Below, in pieces: positions 18,373-28,028 of a stretch of DNA of 64,000 bases (positions are counted from its first letter, which is position 1; the number at the start of each line of letters is the position of its first letter). The notes beneath the pieces are model-generated. The model was not told the origin of the DNA. It did no database searches and saw only the letters and a list, made by a program, of their open reading frames with translations. The DNA is from Candidatus Bathyarchaeota archaeon (lineage in GTDB: Archaea; Thermoproteota; Bathyarchaeia; Bathyarchaeales; Bathyarchaeaceae), in assembly GCA_029882515.1 (NCBI GenBank), contig JAOUKN010000001.1, positions 5,298-69,297 on the forward strand, given 5' to 3'. A program made the position numbers and the translations under genes.

Positions 18373-19647
18373 TTGCATGCAGCCAACCTTCGAAACGTCT
18401 TAGTCATAGGTTTAGATGTCGTTTCATTGGCTGCCTCTGCCAAAAGGGCTGGCTATCACGTTTATGCTGCGGATTTTTTTGGAGATCAAGATCTTAAACC
18501 TCTGTGCCAGAAAAATCGTTCAATCATCAAGCAGAGACCCTGGAAAACTTGTGGACAAATAAGTACCGATTTCAATCCAGCAGCCCTCCTCCAGCTAGCC
18601 CGAGCCCTTCTGAAAATGAACGCCATAGATGCGGCGTTATTGTCGTCAGGCTTAGACGACTCCTTAGACGTTCTATTTGAGCTCAACGACGTGATTCCCA
18701 TACTTGGAAACCATCCCAACGTGATCCAAAAGGTACGTGATAAAATGCGATTTTTCCAGGAGCTTAAACGCTTAGGGATACCGCATCCTGAAACCGCATT
18801 CGCTGAGAATTACACGGAAGCAAGAGACACAGCCAAAGATGTCGATTACCCCGTTCTGATTAAGCCTTCACAGAGTTTCGGAGGCGCAGGGATACGAAAG
18901 GCGGAGAATCCCAGAGAATTTGCGCAAGCATTCCGAGAGGCTTCGTTCTACGATGAACGAGTTTTGATTCAAAAATATATTTCCGGAACACCTGCAAGTG
19001 CGTCTCTGATCTCCTCTGCTAATGGAGCTGTTGCTCTGACATTGAATGAACAATTGCTAGGAGTAGAAGCGGTGGGTCAAGAAGAGCCTTTTGGCTACTG
19101 CGGAAATATCGTTCCTCTAGTGATGTCCAGAGCGGTTACGGAGAACTGTAAAGCCATTGTTGAACGAATTGCGGCGCGCTTTGGTCTTGTCGGATCTAAC
19201 GGAGTAGACTTCGTAATATCCCAAGAAGGAACACCCTACGTTATCGAAGTCAATCCCCGTTTTCAAGGAACTCTAGAATGCGTCGAACGGGTCCTCGGAA
19301 TAAACATCGTAAAAACACATGTGCAAACGTGTTCTGAAGGGACCCTTCCGACAATCGCGAAAACCTCTCAACGCTTTTGCAGCAGACTCATCTTGTTTGC
19401 CCCGCAACGCTCACTCATGCCAGACCTAACTGCTTTCAAGGAAGTTAGCGATATTCCCCTCACAAGTGTCATTGTGGAGAAGGGGGAACCAGTCTGCTCT
19501 ATAGTTGCAGAGGGAGCAGAACGACTTTCTTCATTCAGAAGCACAATGATTGTCGCGGAATCTATCCGCAAGTTACTGCTGCCAGTTGATGGCGGGCCAC
19601 CAGAATCCCAAGCGCGCTCTTTCCAGAGTTTTGGTGAAACTACGTAG
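18373..19647 (+). CDS. ATP-grasp domain protein (COG2232-like, associated with methanopterin/methanofuran-linked C1 metabolism)
   Basis: 'AADFFGDQD', 'LIKP...GGAGI', 'NGVDF...IEVNPRFQG'. Confidence 0.85.
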   Translation: MHAANLRNVLVIGLDVVSLAASAKRAGYHVYAADFFGDQDLKPLCQKNRSIIKQRPWKTCGQISTDFNPAALLQLARALLKMNAIDAALLSSGLDDSLDVLFELNDVIPILGNHPNVIQKVRDKMRFFQELKRLGIPHPETAFAENYTEARDTAKDVDYPVLIKPSQSFGGAGIRKAENPREFAQAFREASFYDERVLIQKYISGTPASASLISSANGAVALTLNEQLLGVEAVGQEEPFGYCGNIVPLVMSRAVTENCKAIVERIAARFGLVGSNGVDFVISQEGTPYVIEVNPRFQGTLECVERVLGINIVKTHVQTCSEGTLPTIAKTSQRFCSRLILFAPQRSLMPDLTAFKEVSDIPLTSVIVEKGEPVCSIVAEGAERLSSFRSTMIVAESIRKLLLPVDGGPPESQARSFQSFGETT

Positions 19648-19779
19648 GAGAGCGAGAGCCTTCGTGAATTGGGAGTTCATTTCAATCCCTAGCGCAATTT
19701 GGTTCGATTCAGCCAAGAATGCACAGTTTTAAATATTCTTCTGTATTTTTATAAAGATGAAGAAGCGGGAGGATAGAAT

Positions 19780-20229
19780 CTGAGTTTAGTTGACACTATT
19801 TCCCGAAAACTTCGGGTTCGGAAATGGCAATCTCTTTTATTGGTTGTAGTCGGGATAACAATCCTATGTACCTATTATATCACTAGTGCTGCAACCGGTG
19901 AAGGAAAGAATTACCTTCTCACGATTACATTGGATAAAGATGTGTACCAGCAAGGTGAAAGAATGTACATTACGATAAAAAACGTGTCAAACGAAACATT
20001 GCACTTTACTAACTCAAACTATGGCTTGGAATATCAATTTTGGAATGGGTTCAGCTGGACGTTTTTCATAGGGATGCCCGGTCGAATGGTTGTCGTGGAG
20101 TTGAAACCGGGAGAAATTGGATACGTCCAACATTCTCTAGTCGGAAGCTGGTATCTTGAAGTTGGAAAATGGCGGGTCGGAGACAGCTATTATGACTGTT
20201 GGACTGAATTCTTCGTAATTCTTGACTGA
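19780..20229 (+). CDS. membrane-anchored Ig-like domain protein; probable CTG start
   Basis: GGGAGGA RBS then CTG in frame; 'LDKDVYQQGE...ITIKNVS'. Confidence 0.7.
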   Translation: MSLVDTISRKLRVRKWQSLLLVVVGITILCTYYITSAATGEGKNYLLTITLDKDVYQQGERMYITIKNVSNETLHFTNSNYGLEYQFWNGFSWTFFIGMPGRMVVVELKPGEIGYVQHSLVGSWYLEVGKWRVGDSYYDCWTEFFVILD

Positions 20230-20325
20230 ATCTCAATCATTGAAGAACATGGGTTCGCGCAAGAAATTAGAACCTTCATATTACGCAGAAGGATGTTACG
20301 AAACCACTAAAGTAATTCCATTCTA

Positions 20326-21084
20326 TTAAGCACGCTTGGCCTTAGACGCTTCTCCTTTTTTGGTACTCATTGCAAAAGGACGGAAGTCTAGTTTTCTCAT
20401 AGCTTTGATTAGTGGAGGTCCAACGGTTGTCGTTACCAGAATAGAGATCGCTACCTTTATGGGAGTTATGGCAGCTGCTTCAACCCAAATGGGAACCAAC
20501 TGGTCTACTGTGAATTCATAGAAGAGCCGATAAGTTTGACCTGGAATGAAAACGAAAATTCTGAGCAGTATGTCAGCTTCTAATCCAATCAGGGCCGACA
20601 ACGCAATGATGTACACTAACCCTTTAGATTCGGGATGCCATATCCTCTTCCAAATCATCATCGTCACAGCAACTACTAGAAGAACGGCGTAGGCCAGATA
20701 GACGTCCCACATGCCCCAGATGGGAAGCTGCCCGGCAATGGGCGTAACGAGATAAAATCCAAGGAGGGCAGTGTAGTAAGTCAGAACGATCTTCCATCTT
20801 CCTCTAAAAACGAACCCGGCCATCATAGCTCCCAGCGGAGCTCCCAAGGTAAAAAGAAACTCGTACACATCTCTGAAATATATAGAATGGCCAATCATGA
20901 CTCCGATCAGGCTGGACAGGAATCCGGCATACGGTCCGAGGACAATACCATTAATGGGTTCTACTATGAAAATCCAACCAGTCCACACTCCAGATGATAA
21001 CTCGGGTAAGCCTGTCAAGGAATCCAAAATGGCATTAATGGACGCAAAGAGAGCCACGAGAGCCAAAAACTGAGATTTTCTCAT
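20326..21084 (-). CDS. ECF transporter S-component-like membrane protein
   Basis: 'ALVALFAS', 'PINGIVLGPYAG', multiple TM helices. Confidence 0.7.
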   Translation of the reverse strand: MRKSQFLALVALFASINAILDSLTGLPELSSGVWTGWIFIVEPINGIVLGPYAGFLSSLIGVMIGHSIYFRDVYEFLFTLGAPLGAMMAGFVFRGRWKIVLTYYTALLGFYLVTPIAGQLPIWGMWDVYLAYAVLLVVAVTMMIWKRIWHPESKGLVYIIALSALIGLEADILLRIFVFIPGQTYRLFYEFTVDQLVPIWVEAAAITPIKVAISILVTTTVGPPLIKAMRKLDFRPFAMSTKKGEASKAKRA

Positions 21085-21207
21085 TTTCTTTCCTTCATAA
21101 TGCCGTAGGCTGTTGCTAATAAATCTTCGATTGTGCGTGGCCGCTCTATTTCAGGAGTGTTCTAGTTGTGATACGCTACGTTCTAGACCTGTGTGCGCGC
21201 AAATGTA

Positions 21208-21702
21208 TTATAGAATCTCGAAAATAGCATCAAGCAGATATTTGGCGATAAATTTTTTATCTATCAATTCTCCGTCTGGATCGTTTAAACCTCTACAACA
21301 AGGAATAAACTTCAACATAAGAGAGTTAGAGTTGATTCTCTCAAAATCGAATGGATAAATCCTACACAAAGCTGGTCTAACGTCATAGATCGAACATTCG
21401 TAAGCCTTCAATCTCTCATTAAATTTGAGAAAAACACAGGAACCATCCTCTCTCTTTCTCAATCTGCTTTGCGTCATTGACGCATGGCGACTGATGTTTC
21501 TCGCACTCGTTTCAAGAACATTATCATTGACATAACCTGCTTCCTTTATTCGCTGAACGTCATTTTCAGCCAGGGTTGGACCTCCCAACTTGCAACAGAA
21601 AATTGCGCATCTTTTACACTTGAATCGGAGATTTCCTTTGCAAACTGTTATGTCTGCGATCTGTTTTGTTTCTAAGACGATTTTCGCAATGTCGTCCGAC
21701 AA
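21208..21702 (-). CDS. YkgJ family CxxCxxCC cysteine-cluster protein
   Basis: 'CKRCAIFCC', 'CVFL...CSIYDVRPALCRIYPF'. Confidence 0.92.
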   Translation of the reverse strand: MSDDIAKIVLETKQIADITVCKGNLRFKCKRCAIFCCKLGGPTLAENDVQRIKEAGYVNDNVLETSARNISRHASMTQSRLRKREDGSCVFLKFNERLKAYECSIYDVRPALCRIYPFDFERINSNSLMLKFIPCCRGLNDPDGELIDKKFIAKYLLDAIFEIL

Positions 21703-21834
21703 CGTGATTCAGCGTCCACCTTGATGTGATACTCCAGCGTGGGTCATATAAGTTGAGGTTTCCAGTGTCCCTCGTTCGTAGCAGAACAGTTTTAATATCG
21801 CAATCAACCTAGAATCGGTGCATGCGTTGAGGGT

Positions 21835-22116
21835 GTGAATATGGTTAGACGGACTAGGGAAGATGCCCAAAGAATGATCAGGTCCATTGCCGTTCTACTT
21901 CGGAACACAACTTGGAAGTGTGGGAGAGTTGAGCGAGTAGTCGTAGACTATCTGAGGAGTCGGTTCCGGAGATGTGGACAGGCAAGCACCCCTATACGAG
22001 AAATGCTACAACACCTGAAACTTAGTGGAAAGCAGAAAAGCGAATTCTTGGACGCAATCAAGCGATTGGAGAAAAGAAGAATCATCAGAATCGTGGGATA
22101 TTCACAATCTTTATGA
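21835..22116 (+). CDS. small basic hypothetical protein (possible winged helix)
   Basis: RBS GAGGGT; 'EFLDAIKRLEKRRIIRI'. Confidence 0.65.
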   Translation: MNMVRRTREDAQRMIRSIAVLLRNTTWKCGRVERVVVDYLRSRFRRCGQASTPIREMLQHLKLSGKQKSEFLDAIKRLEKRRIIRIVGYSQSL

Positions 22117-22355
22117 AAACTCATGTTCTTTTTGCTTCATAGTGAGTATCGTGCTATCACCGGAATCATAGCTTTACATGCCTAGAATAGCAGCACTGCG
22201 CACACGTACTCGTTAATTCGATTTTGTCTCCAAAAATTTCATTTTGTTATAAAAAATGGGCGTACACACATAGATGTAATCTTTATTGTGCTTTCATAAA
22301 TCTAAAGTATTCAGAAAGCAGAAACTCCTTGCAAAAGATTTGGAAGGAATGAGAA

Positions 22356-22664
22356 ATGGAAACAAGAAGTAGATTAGATGTTAGGACAGTTGTGACAGTC
22401 GTCTCTGTAGTAGCACTAGTGGCATTCGTCTTGTGGAACCTCGGATTTGGACTCGCCGCGGCCCAATCTTTGCAGAATCAACTGGACAGCGTAACCGCAG
22501 AAAGAAATACTTTACAAACTGAAGTAACTAGCTTGCGAAATCAAGTTGCATCATTAAACACGCAAGTGACCTGGCAACAAGAACAAATTCAATCCCTGGA
22601 AACGCAGATGGAACTTTACGTAGACTACATCTATGAGCACCTCTACATCTTTGCGCAGCCCTAA
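22356..22664 (+). CDS. membrane-anchored coiled-coil protein
   Basis: N-terminal TM helix then heptad repeats. Confidence 0.7.
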   Translation: METRSRLDVRTVVTVVSVVALVAFVLWNLGFGLAAAQSLQNQLDSVTAERNTLQTEVTSLRNQVASLNTQVTWQQEQIQSLETQMELYVDYIYEHLYIFAQP

Positions 22665-22870
22665 TACCAATACGTACAAGAGCCAGTACGGCGGCATATA
22701 TCCATACGTTTCTGACAAAGAAACTCTGCAATCTTTGAACATGACAGATATTCCACTTTTGCTTATCAAGTAACTCATTTTTGTGATCGGTAACGCTGTC
22801 ACATCTCTCAAGAGAATCATGAAGACATAACTCTCCTGCAGTGGCGTCTAGTATCACAGGTCACTGTTAC

Positions 22871-22907
22871 ATTAGCGTGCAAAACGTTGACTGTTTCGCA
22901 CGCTAAT
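22871..22907. repeat. 15-bp inverted repeat (14/15) with 7-nt loop
   Basis: ATTAGCGTGCAAAAC-GTTGACT-GTTTCGCACGCTAAT. Confidence 0.85.
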
Positions 22908-23021
22908 ATCCAATGGTTCTGAAAGCTCAGAGTTTCACTGATCATTTCGACAAAAACCCACATATTTTCGGTTCCACTTTCTGAATCGTTTAAATATGTT
23001 CACAGAGATTTACAGAGACAA

Positions 23022-23693
23022 GTGGAACCGATGAAGAACATTCACTGTATACTTATTCCCGCTCTGTTGCTACTACTAGCATTGTGTTTTGCAATTCCTG
23101 AAGCAATCAATCTTGAGAGTTTGAGCGAATTTAGTCCACTTTCACAAAATCAAACATTATACTTTGCAACTGAAGAAATTGATCTAGACGGATACGGGAA
23201 CGCCTTTCTATTGGATACCGCTCCTGTGAACAGCCAAGTACCGGAAGAAGCCAATCACGTAGAATTTGTTTCCCTTCCTCTCGTAGGTAACTTTACATTT
23301 GCCAACTTGACCGTAGTGGTTTACCACACGTTGATATTCGAAGATGGTCATCAGTTGGACATTAAGGTTGGATGGCTCGACGTTCAGAATCAATCTCATG
23401 TTTCTCATTTCAGCTACGAAAGCTTGAAGGTTGAAACTCAAGTGACCTTACATTCATTTGCAGTTGATTGTTGTGGCATAGTGGTCTTTGAAGGAGAAAG
23501 ACTTTGGTTAGAATTGCAAACCAGTAGTTCAAACATCCATCTTTTCTGGGGAAAACTAACCCACGACAGCAGAGTATCATACCATGGAGCCGCTTCATTC
23601 ATACCCGAACTTCCTTCATTTGCCGTCGCACTTGTCCTAATATTTCTGACATTGATTGCCGTTGTAGCACGGGCGAGAACTCATCAGACTTGA
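23022..23693 (+). CDS. secreted protein with PEF-CTERM-like sorting signal
   Basis: Signal peptide; C-terminal 'IPELPS' + TM helix + basic tail. Confidence 0.75.
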   Translation: MEPMKNIHCILIPALLLLLALCFAIPEAINLESLSEFSPLSQNQTLYFATEEIDLDGYGNAFLLDTAPVNSQVPEEANHVEFVSLPLVGNFTFANLTVVVYHTLIFEDGHQLDIKVGWLDVQNQSHVSHFSYESLKVETQVTLHSFAVDCCGIVVFEGERLWLELQTSSSNIHLFWGKLTHDSRVSYHGAASFIPELPSFAVALVLIFLTLIAVVARARTHQT

Positions 23694-23911
23694 CACTCAT
23701 TTACTGAAGAGAAACTTTATTACACATTGTGCACTTATTTCTTGATTTGTTAGAAGGTGAATTTATGTTCCAGAGGGCTTACGTTTGTTCATAGGACTTT
23801 TGCCCTAACGGAATCAGCTTCATGGGTTTTTGTTTTTAGACGAATAAGTTCTCGAAAAGAGACTCGTGTTCTAATAACACATTTAAGTGTTAAAAGTAGT
23901 GGTGATTAATC

Positions 23912-25342
23912 ATGGTGTCATTAAAGGTTTATAATACTCTTACTAGGCAGAAAGAGGAATTCGTACCATTAGACAAGAATAAGGTTGGAATCTATGTCTG
24001 CGGTCCCACTGTTTATGATGACATACATATCGGCAATGCAAGAGCCTTTGTAGCCTTTGACATTATCCGACGCTATCTCGAATACAAAGGCTACAAAGTA
24101 ACTTATGTGTGCAATATAACCGACGTTGATGACAAGACTGTCACACGTGTGAAAGAAACTGGAATAAGTCTCCAACAGCTCGGAGAAAGACATACTGACG
24201 CTTACTTCGAAGACATTGCCAAACTTAACTTAAAAAAACCTGACATCAACCCCCGAGCAACACAACACATGGAAGACATTATCAATCTCATTCAAACTCT
24301 AATAGACAAAGGGCTAGCCTACATAAGCGACGGCGATGTCTACTACGACGTTTCAAAGTTCGACGAGTACGGCAAACTTTCTGGAAACAAAGCGGAAGCG
24401 TTGAAAGCCGGAGCACGAATCGAAGTTAACCCACGCAAAAGACATCCAGCCGACTTCGCTCTCTGGAAAAAAACCGAACCAACAGAGCCTTCTTGGATTA
24501 GCCCTTGGGGCAAGGGGAGACCCGGCTGGCACATTGAATGTTCCGCGATATCGATGAAATATCTTGGCGAGACATTCGACATTCATGGTGGAGGCGAAGA
24601 TTTGATATTTCCACATCATGAAAATGAAATCGCTCAATCTGAAGGCGCCACTGGAAAGATGTTTGTGAAGTACTGGTTACACAACGGATGGCTTACTATA
24701 AATGGCGGAAAAATGTCTAAATCTCTTGGAAACTTCATTACTGCTCGAGAGGCCGTGGAGAAATATAGTCCACAAGTTGTAAGATTCTTCTTGGCGTCAG
24801 TTCATTATCGTAGTTCCATGGGTTTTAGCGATAAAGGCTTAAGGCAGGCCCGTCGAAACCTTGAGAGACTAATCAATTCTCTTGAGAATCTTGAGGCACT
24901 GGAAGAAAGCCAGCAAAAAAGCGTTGGCAATAAAAGTCTTTTAGCGAAGGTGGAAGAAATGAGGCAGAAATTTGAGGAGGCCATGGATGACGATTTCAAC
25001 ACTTCTCTCGCGGTTGCTGCGCTCTTCAATTTAGGAAAAGAAATCAACAAATTCATTGACACCAATACCGAAATAGAAGGTAAAACCAGAAGAGAAGTCG
25101 TCAGAATTATGAAGAGTCTACTTGAAGATGTGCTTGGCGTTCAAATCGAAGGGTATAAACCTGAAAGTGAAAAACTTGTAAAAGATCTGATGGAACTGAT
25201 TTTTGAAATGCGACAAGCAGCTCGTAACCGAGGAGACTGGAAGACTGCTGATGAAATCAGGCGAAAGCTGAGGAAAATAGGATTTGTCATCGAAGACACA
25301 TCCAAAGGTACAAAATGGAAATTCCAACAACTGAAATTGTAG
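23912..25342 (+). CDS. cysS: cysteine--tRNA ligase
   Basis: 'YVCGPTVYD..HIGNAR', 'GRPGWHIECSA', 'KMSKS'. Confidence 0.98.
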   Translation: MVSLKVYNTLTRQKEEFVPLDKNKVGIYVCGPTVYDDIHIGNARAFVAFDIIRRYLEYKGYKVTYVCNITDVDDKTVTRVKETGISLQQLGERHTDAYFEDIAKLNLKKPDINPRATQHMEDIINLIQTLIDKGLAYISDGDVYYDVSKFDEYGKLSGNKAEALKAGARIEVNPRKRHPADFALWKKTEPTEPSWISPWGKGRPGWHIECSAISMKYLGETFDIHGGGEDLIFPHHENEIAQSEGATGKMFVKYWLHNGWLTINGGKMSKSLGNFITAREAVEKYSPQVVRFFLASVHYRSSMGFSDKGLRQARRNLERLINSLENLEALEESQQKSVGNKSLLAKVEEMRQKFEEAMDDDFNTSLAVAALFNLGKEINKFIDTNTEIEGKTRREVVRIMKSLLEDVLGVQIEGYKPESEKLVKDLMELIFEMRQAARNRGDWKTADEIRRKLRKIGFVIEDTSKGTKWKFQQLKL

Positions 25343-25460
25343 AGTGCGATCGCCTGAGAAACTTGCATCTTCGGATTCTGTTCTGATGTAGTGGTTCGAA
25401 ATGTGAAAGGAACGATAGTGTTACTTGTTCCATGTGACATTGATGGCAAGATACCAAAAG

Positions 25461-25916
25461 CTACGAATTGAAATGCTTCTCATTTTTCTGAGAAAGAAAA
25501 TGCACAGCGCCTAACACGGTTTTCGCCAGTCCGAGAAGTTCAACAAAGATAAGCATCGCTAATATGATGCTGAGATCGACGGCAATGTACAACATCTCAA
25601 TTGTTACAGTTATGCTACCGCGACCTAACGTGCAGATGAAAAACACTATCAAAACTATTACTCTCAAGAAACTGAATATATATTGAAAAATCGTCCCTGA
25701 AGTGAGTTCAACTATGACGATGAAAAGTATGATTATTACCGCAAAGATGTTCATGGAAAGTTTGTATTCAGCTGGGAGAAAATCGTCTTGAAGCAGAAGT
25801 GATGGTATCAAGTAAATTAACACGAATGCAATGATGGATTTGAAGGCTGCCTTCAGGATCCTTGGTAACAGCTTTTTGACAAGGTTTTTTCCATTTCCTT
25901 CCTCATGATCATACAT
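25461..25916 (-). CDS. membrane protein
   Basis: Four hydrophobic segments; third gene of an apparent operon. Confidence 0.75.
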   Translation of the reverse strand: MYDHEEGNGKNLVKKLLPRILKAAFKSIIAFVLIYLIPSLLLQDDFLPAEYKLSMNIFAVIIILFIVIVELTSGTIFQYIFSFLRVIVLIVFFICTLGRGSITVTIEMLYIAVDLSIILAMLIFVELLGLAKTVLGAVHFLSQKNEKHFNS

Positions 25917-25923
25917 GAAGTTA

Positions 25924-26691
25924 TCACCAACTCATTATTATGGGGCCAAGGCTGAATGTAGAAGTCTCAAAATAGAAGTGTACTTCCCCTTTCTCTGTTA
26001 GCTTTGACACATCCACGGATACTTCCAATCGGTCGTCATACATATGGCCAGGCGGCACGCTTACGTCCATCATTCCAGAACCCAGGTGTTGATTGTTGCC
26101 GTTGTAAATCTCCAGTCTCAGTGTTCCGTCAATATAGACTGGTGAATGGTTCTCAAAGTTTAAAGGAACAATCATTTCTTGAGCGATCAAGTCAGCGGAG
26201 ATTTCTCCAATAGCGAAATTACTTAGAGGTGCGCCCCACCACAGGGTTGTATTAGCTGACATTTGCAATGAGACCGCATGTGCGAACATCATCGCTATGA
26301 GGACGTTAATTGTGAGATTACTGTCCTCAAATACGAGGTAGGTCAGATTCTGTGCCATGTAAGGTAGACTAACGGAGATGTTGTGGGTTCTTTCGACAAA
26401 ACTATCTGCGGGAATCAAGGGCACTAGAGTTGTAGAGGTCGACACAGAAGTTCCATTGTGATCTCTTATTTCGGTTGTTATGTTGAGTCCAGATATGCTG
26501 TAGAAACCGGTATTATTGATATAGAAAGGTAAAGCCAGTGTCATTAGACCGTTTGAGACCAGAGGAGGCTGCGGTTGTCCAACACCTGCTTGCAGGTTCG
26601 TGGCAGAATAGGCGACTGTGAGCCCAAATATGATGATTGCGACCCAGAGTATTCTTGTGGCCCAGCCTAAAGCCCGGACGACTTGTCTCAT
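25924..26691 (-). CDS. membrane-anchored protein with LEA-like beta domains
   Basis: N-terminal TM, 'PFYINNTGFYSI', 'WGAPL'. Confidence 0.75.
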   Translation of the reverse strand: MRQVVRALGWATRILWVAIIIFGLTVAYSATNLQAGVGQPQPPLVSNGLMTLALPFYINNTGFYSISGLNITTEIRDHNGTSVSTSTTLVPLIPADSFVERTHNISVSLPYMAQNLTYLVFEDSNLTINVLIAMMFAHAVSLQMSANTTLWWGAPLSNFAIGEISADLIAQEMIVPLNFENHSPVYIDGTLRLEIYNGNNQHLGSGMMDVSVPPGHMYDDRLEVSVDVSKLTEKGEVHFYFETSTFSLGPIIMSW

Positions 26692-26725
26692 CGGGGAGTC
26701 TTCCGTTTACTCTTCTCTGAAAGAA

Positions 26726-27040
26726 TCATTCGTTGCTCGTTTGGTTGCGCGTGCGTGTTTCTCGTTGTTTTGCTTCTTGTCGTGTTTGTGTGAGAATCTG
26801 TATTCCTCTCATAGTTATGATGGAGCCGATCCATCCCATTATGCCAAGGTACATTACGCGAATGCTGGTTTCGATTAGTGGACCGAGGATTTCACCAAAA
26901 GCTTCTACAAGATTGGTTGATAGGATGCTAAGTTTTTCTCCGAGAAATAAATAGGCATTGACAAATGTGAACACCAAAAGCCCGATACCTATGAGAATTA
27001 CGGTGTACCCCAAGATTTCGGATTTTTCAAGCAAGTGCAA
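26726..27040 (-). CDS. small membrane protein
   Basis: Two TM helices, 'YLGIMGWIGSIITMRG'. Confidence 0.75.
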   Translation of the reverse strand: MHLLEKSEILGYTVILIGIGLLVFTFVNAYLFLGEKLSILSTNLVEAFGEILGPLIETSIRVMYLGIMGWIGSIITMRGIQILTQTRQEAKQRETRTRNQTSNE

Positions 27041-27070
27041 TCCCTCTTAATATTTCAATGAGTATTACCA

Positions 27071-27370
27071 TCAGCCTTTTCTGAGCCCTAGTGCGAATCC
27101 GACTGTAAAGCTAAGTACAAGTGGCAAGTTCGTGATTAGCGGCGTCAGCACCTCTACTGCTTGAGCAGGATCAAATAATTTGGATACGAATTCCACAACA
27201 CCATCATAGTTTATAGCAAAGACATTTGTATAGTCGAGTAGCATCAACGCGAAAATGAAAATTCCAATAGTCAATGCCAATACTTTGATGATTTTCCTTA
27301 TTCCATAACCTAAGAAAAAGCCTCCGATTCCACCTATTCCTAGTAAATAAACTGCAGGAGCTAGACTCAT
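27071..27370 (-). CDS. FUN14 domain membrane protein
   Basis: 'LGIGGIGGFFLGYGIRKIIK', 'SFTVGFALGLRKG'. Confidence 0.88.
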   Translation of the reverse strand: MSLAPAVYLLGIGGIGGFFLGYGIRKIIKVLALTIGIFIFALMLLDYTNVFAINYDGVVEFVSKLFDPAQAVEVLTPLITNLPLVLSFTVGFALGLRKG

Positions 27371-27704
27371 ATTACGTCGACCACAGGTTCTTCTTTACGT
27401 ACCAATAATAGTGTTTTATGAAATGCAGATCACTATTCCGAATTCAGATGGTAGGCTCACGATATTCCAGCTATACCCACCGCCCGCGCGTGCCATCGGT
27501 ATCCAATTGCAGGGAAATACCCAATCGGATTAGGAAGACGGCGTTGTTCAAGCGTTCTCGGGTGGAGGTGAAACGTGTCGTTGTCCAGTTGAAGAGAACA
27601 CTAGGGCTGCAGTCATTGGCTTCGCACTGAATGGAAAGCCTAAGAAGGAAAAGTGTCGGATTTGTGGCGAGAAGGTAGACAGACTCAATTGGCTTGGGCA
27701 TGCT

Positions 27705-27905
27705 CTACTCATTTGTTTTGGTTCTTCGTTTTTCTTTCAGACTGCGAAGAAGGTGAGAAGCCTGTTGTGCAGTTTCTGCACGCCTGACTTTTTTTGTTTG
27801 GACCAAGACTAATCTTGCGTCACAGTAGGGGCATTGTTTAGTCTTCTGACTGTCCTTGGCCAGCAGGTACTGTCCACACCTATAGCAAATAATCACTGAA
27901 TACAT
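27705..27905 (-). CDS. DUF1922-like zinc-ribbon protein
   Basis: 'CYRCGQYLLA...KTKQCPYC'. Confidence 0.85.
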   Translation of the reverse strand: MYSVIICYRCGQYLLAKDSQKTKQCPYCDARLVLVQTKKVRRAETAQQASHLLRSLKEKRRTKTNE

Positions 27906-27921
27906 TTCTTATCCTTGTATG

Positions 27922-27937
27922 TTTATTAGGCGAAAAG
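27922..27937 (+). repeat. 16-bp direct repeat TTTATTAGGCGAAAAG, copy 1 (copy 2 at 31194-31209)
   Basis: Exact match; similarity continues imperfectly for about 13 nt. Confidence 0.85.
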
Positions 27938-28028
27938 GCTTTCTCTTCCTTGATAAGGCTAAATGGTTACTTTCTTTTGCGATAAATCTTGAATTCATCT
28001 CTTTCTGTAACATATTCAAACCCTGCTT

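Noticed and set aside
22659..22773. CCC-TAA +1 frameshift extending the coiled-coil gene
   Set aside because: The +1 frame adds only about 36 unrecognisable codons and there is no stimulatory signal.
27440..27700. GC-richer intergenic stretch as RNase P or another ncRNA
   Set aside because: No GAGGAAAGTCC-type conserved box or clear long-range pairing; a startless CRICG frame suggests at most a decayed gene.
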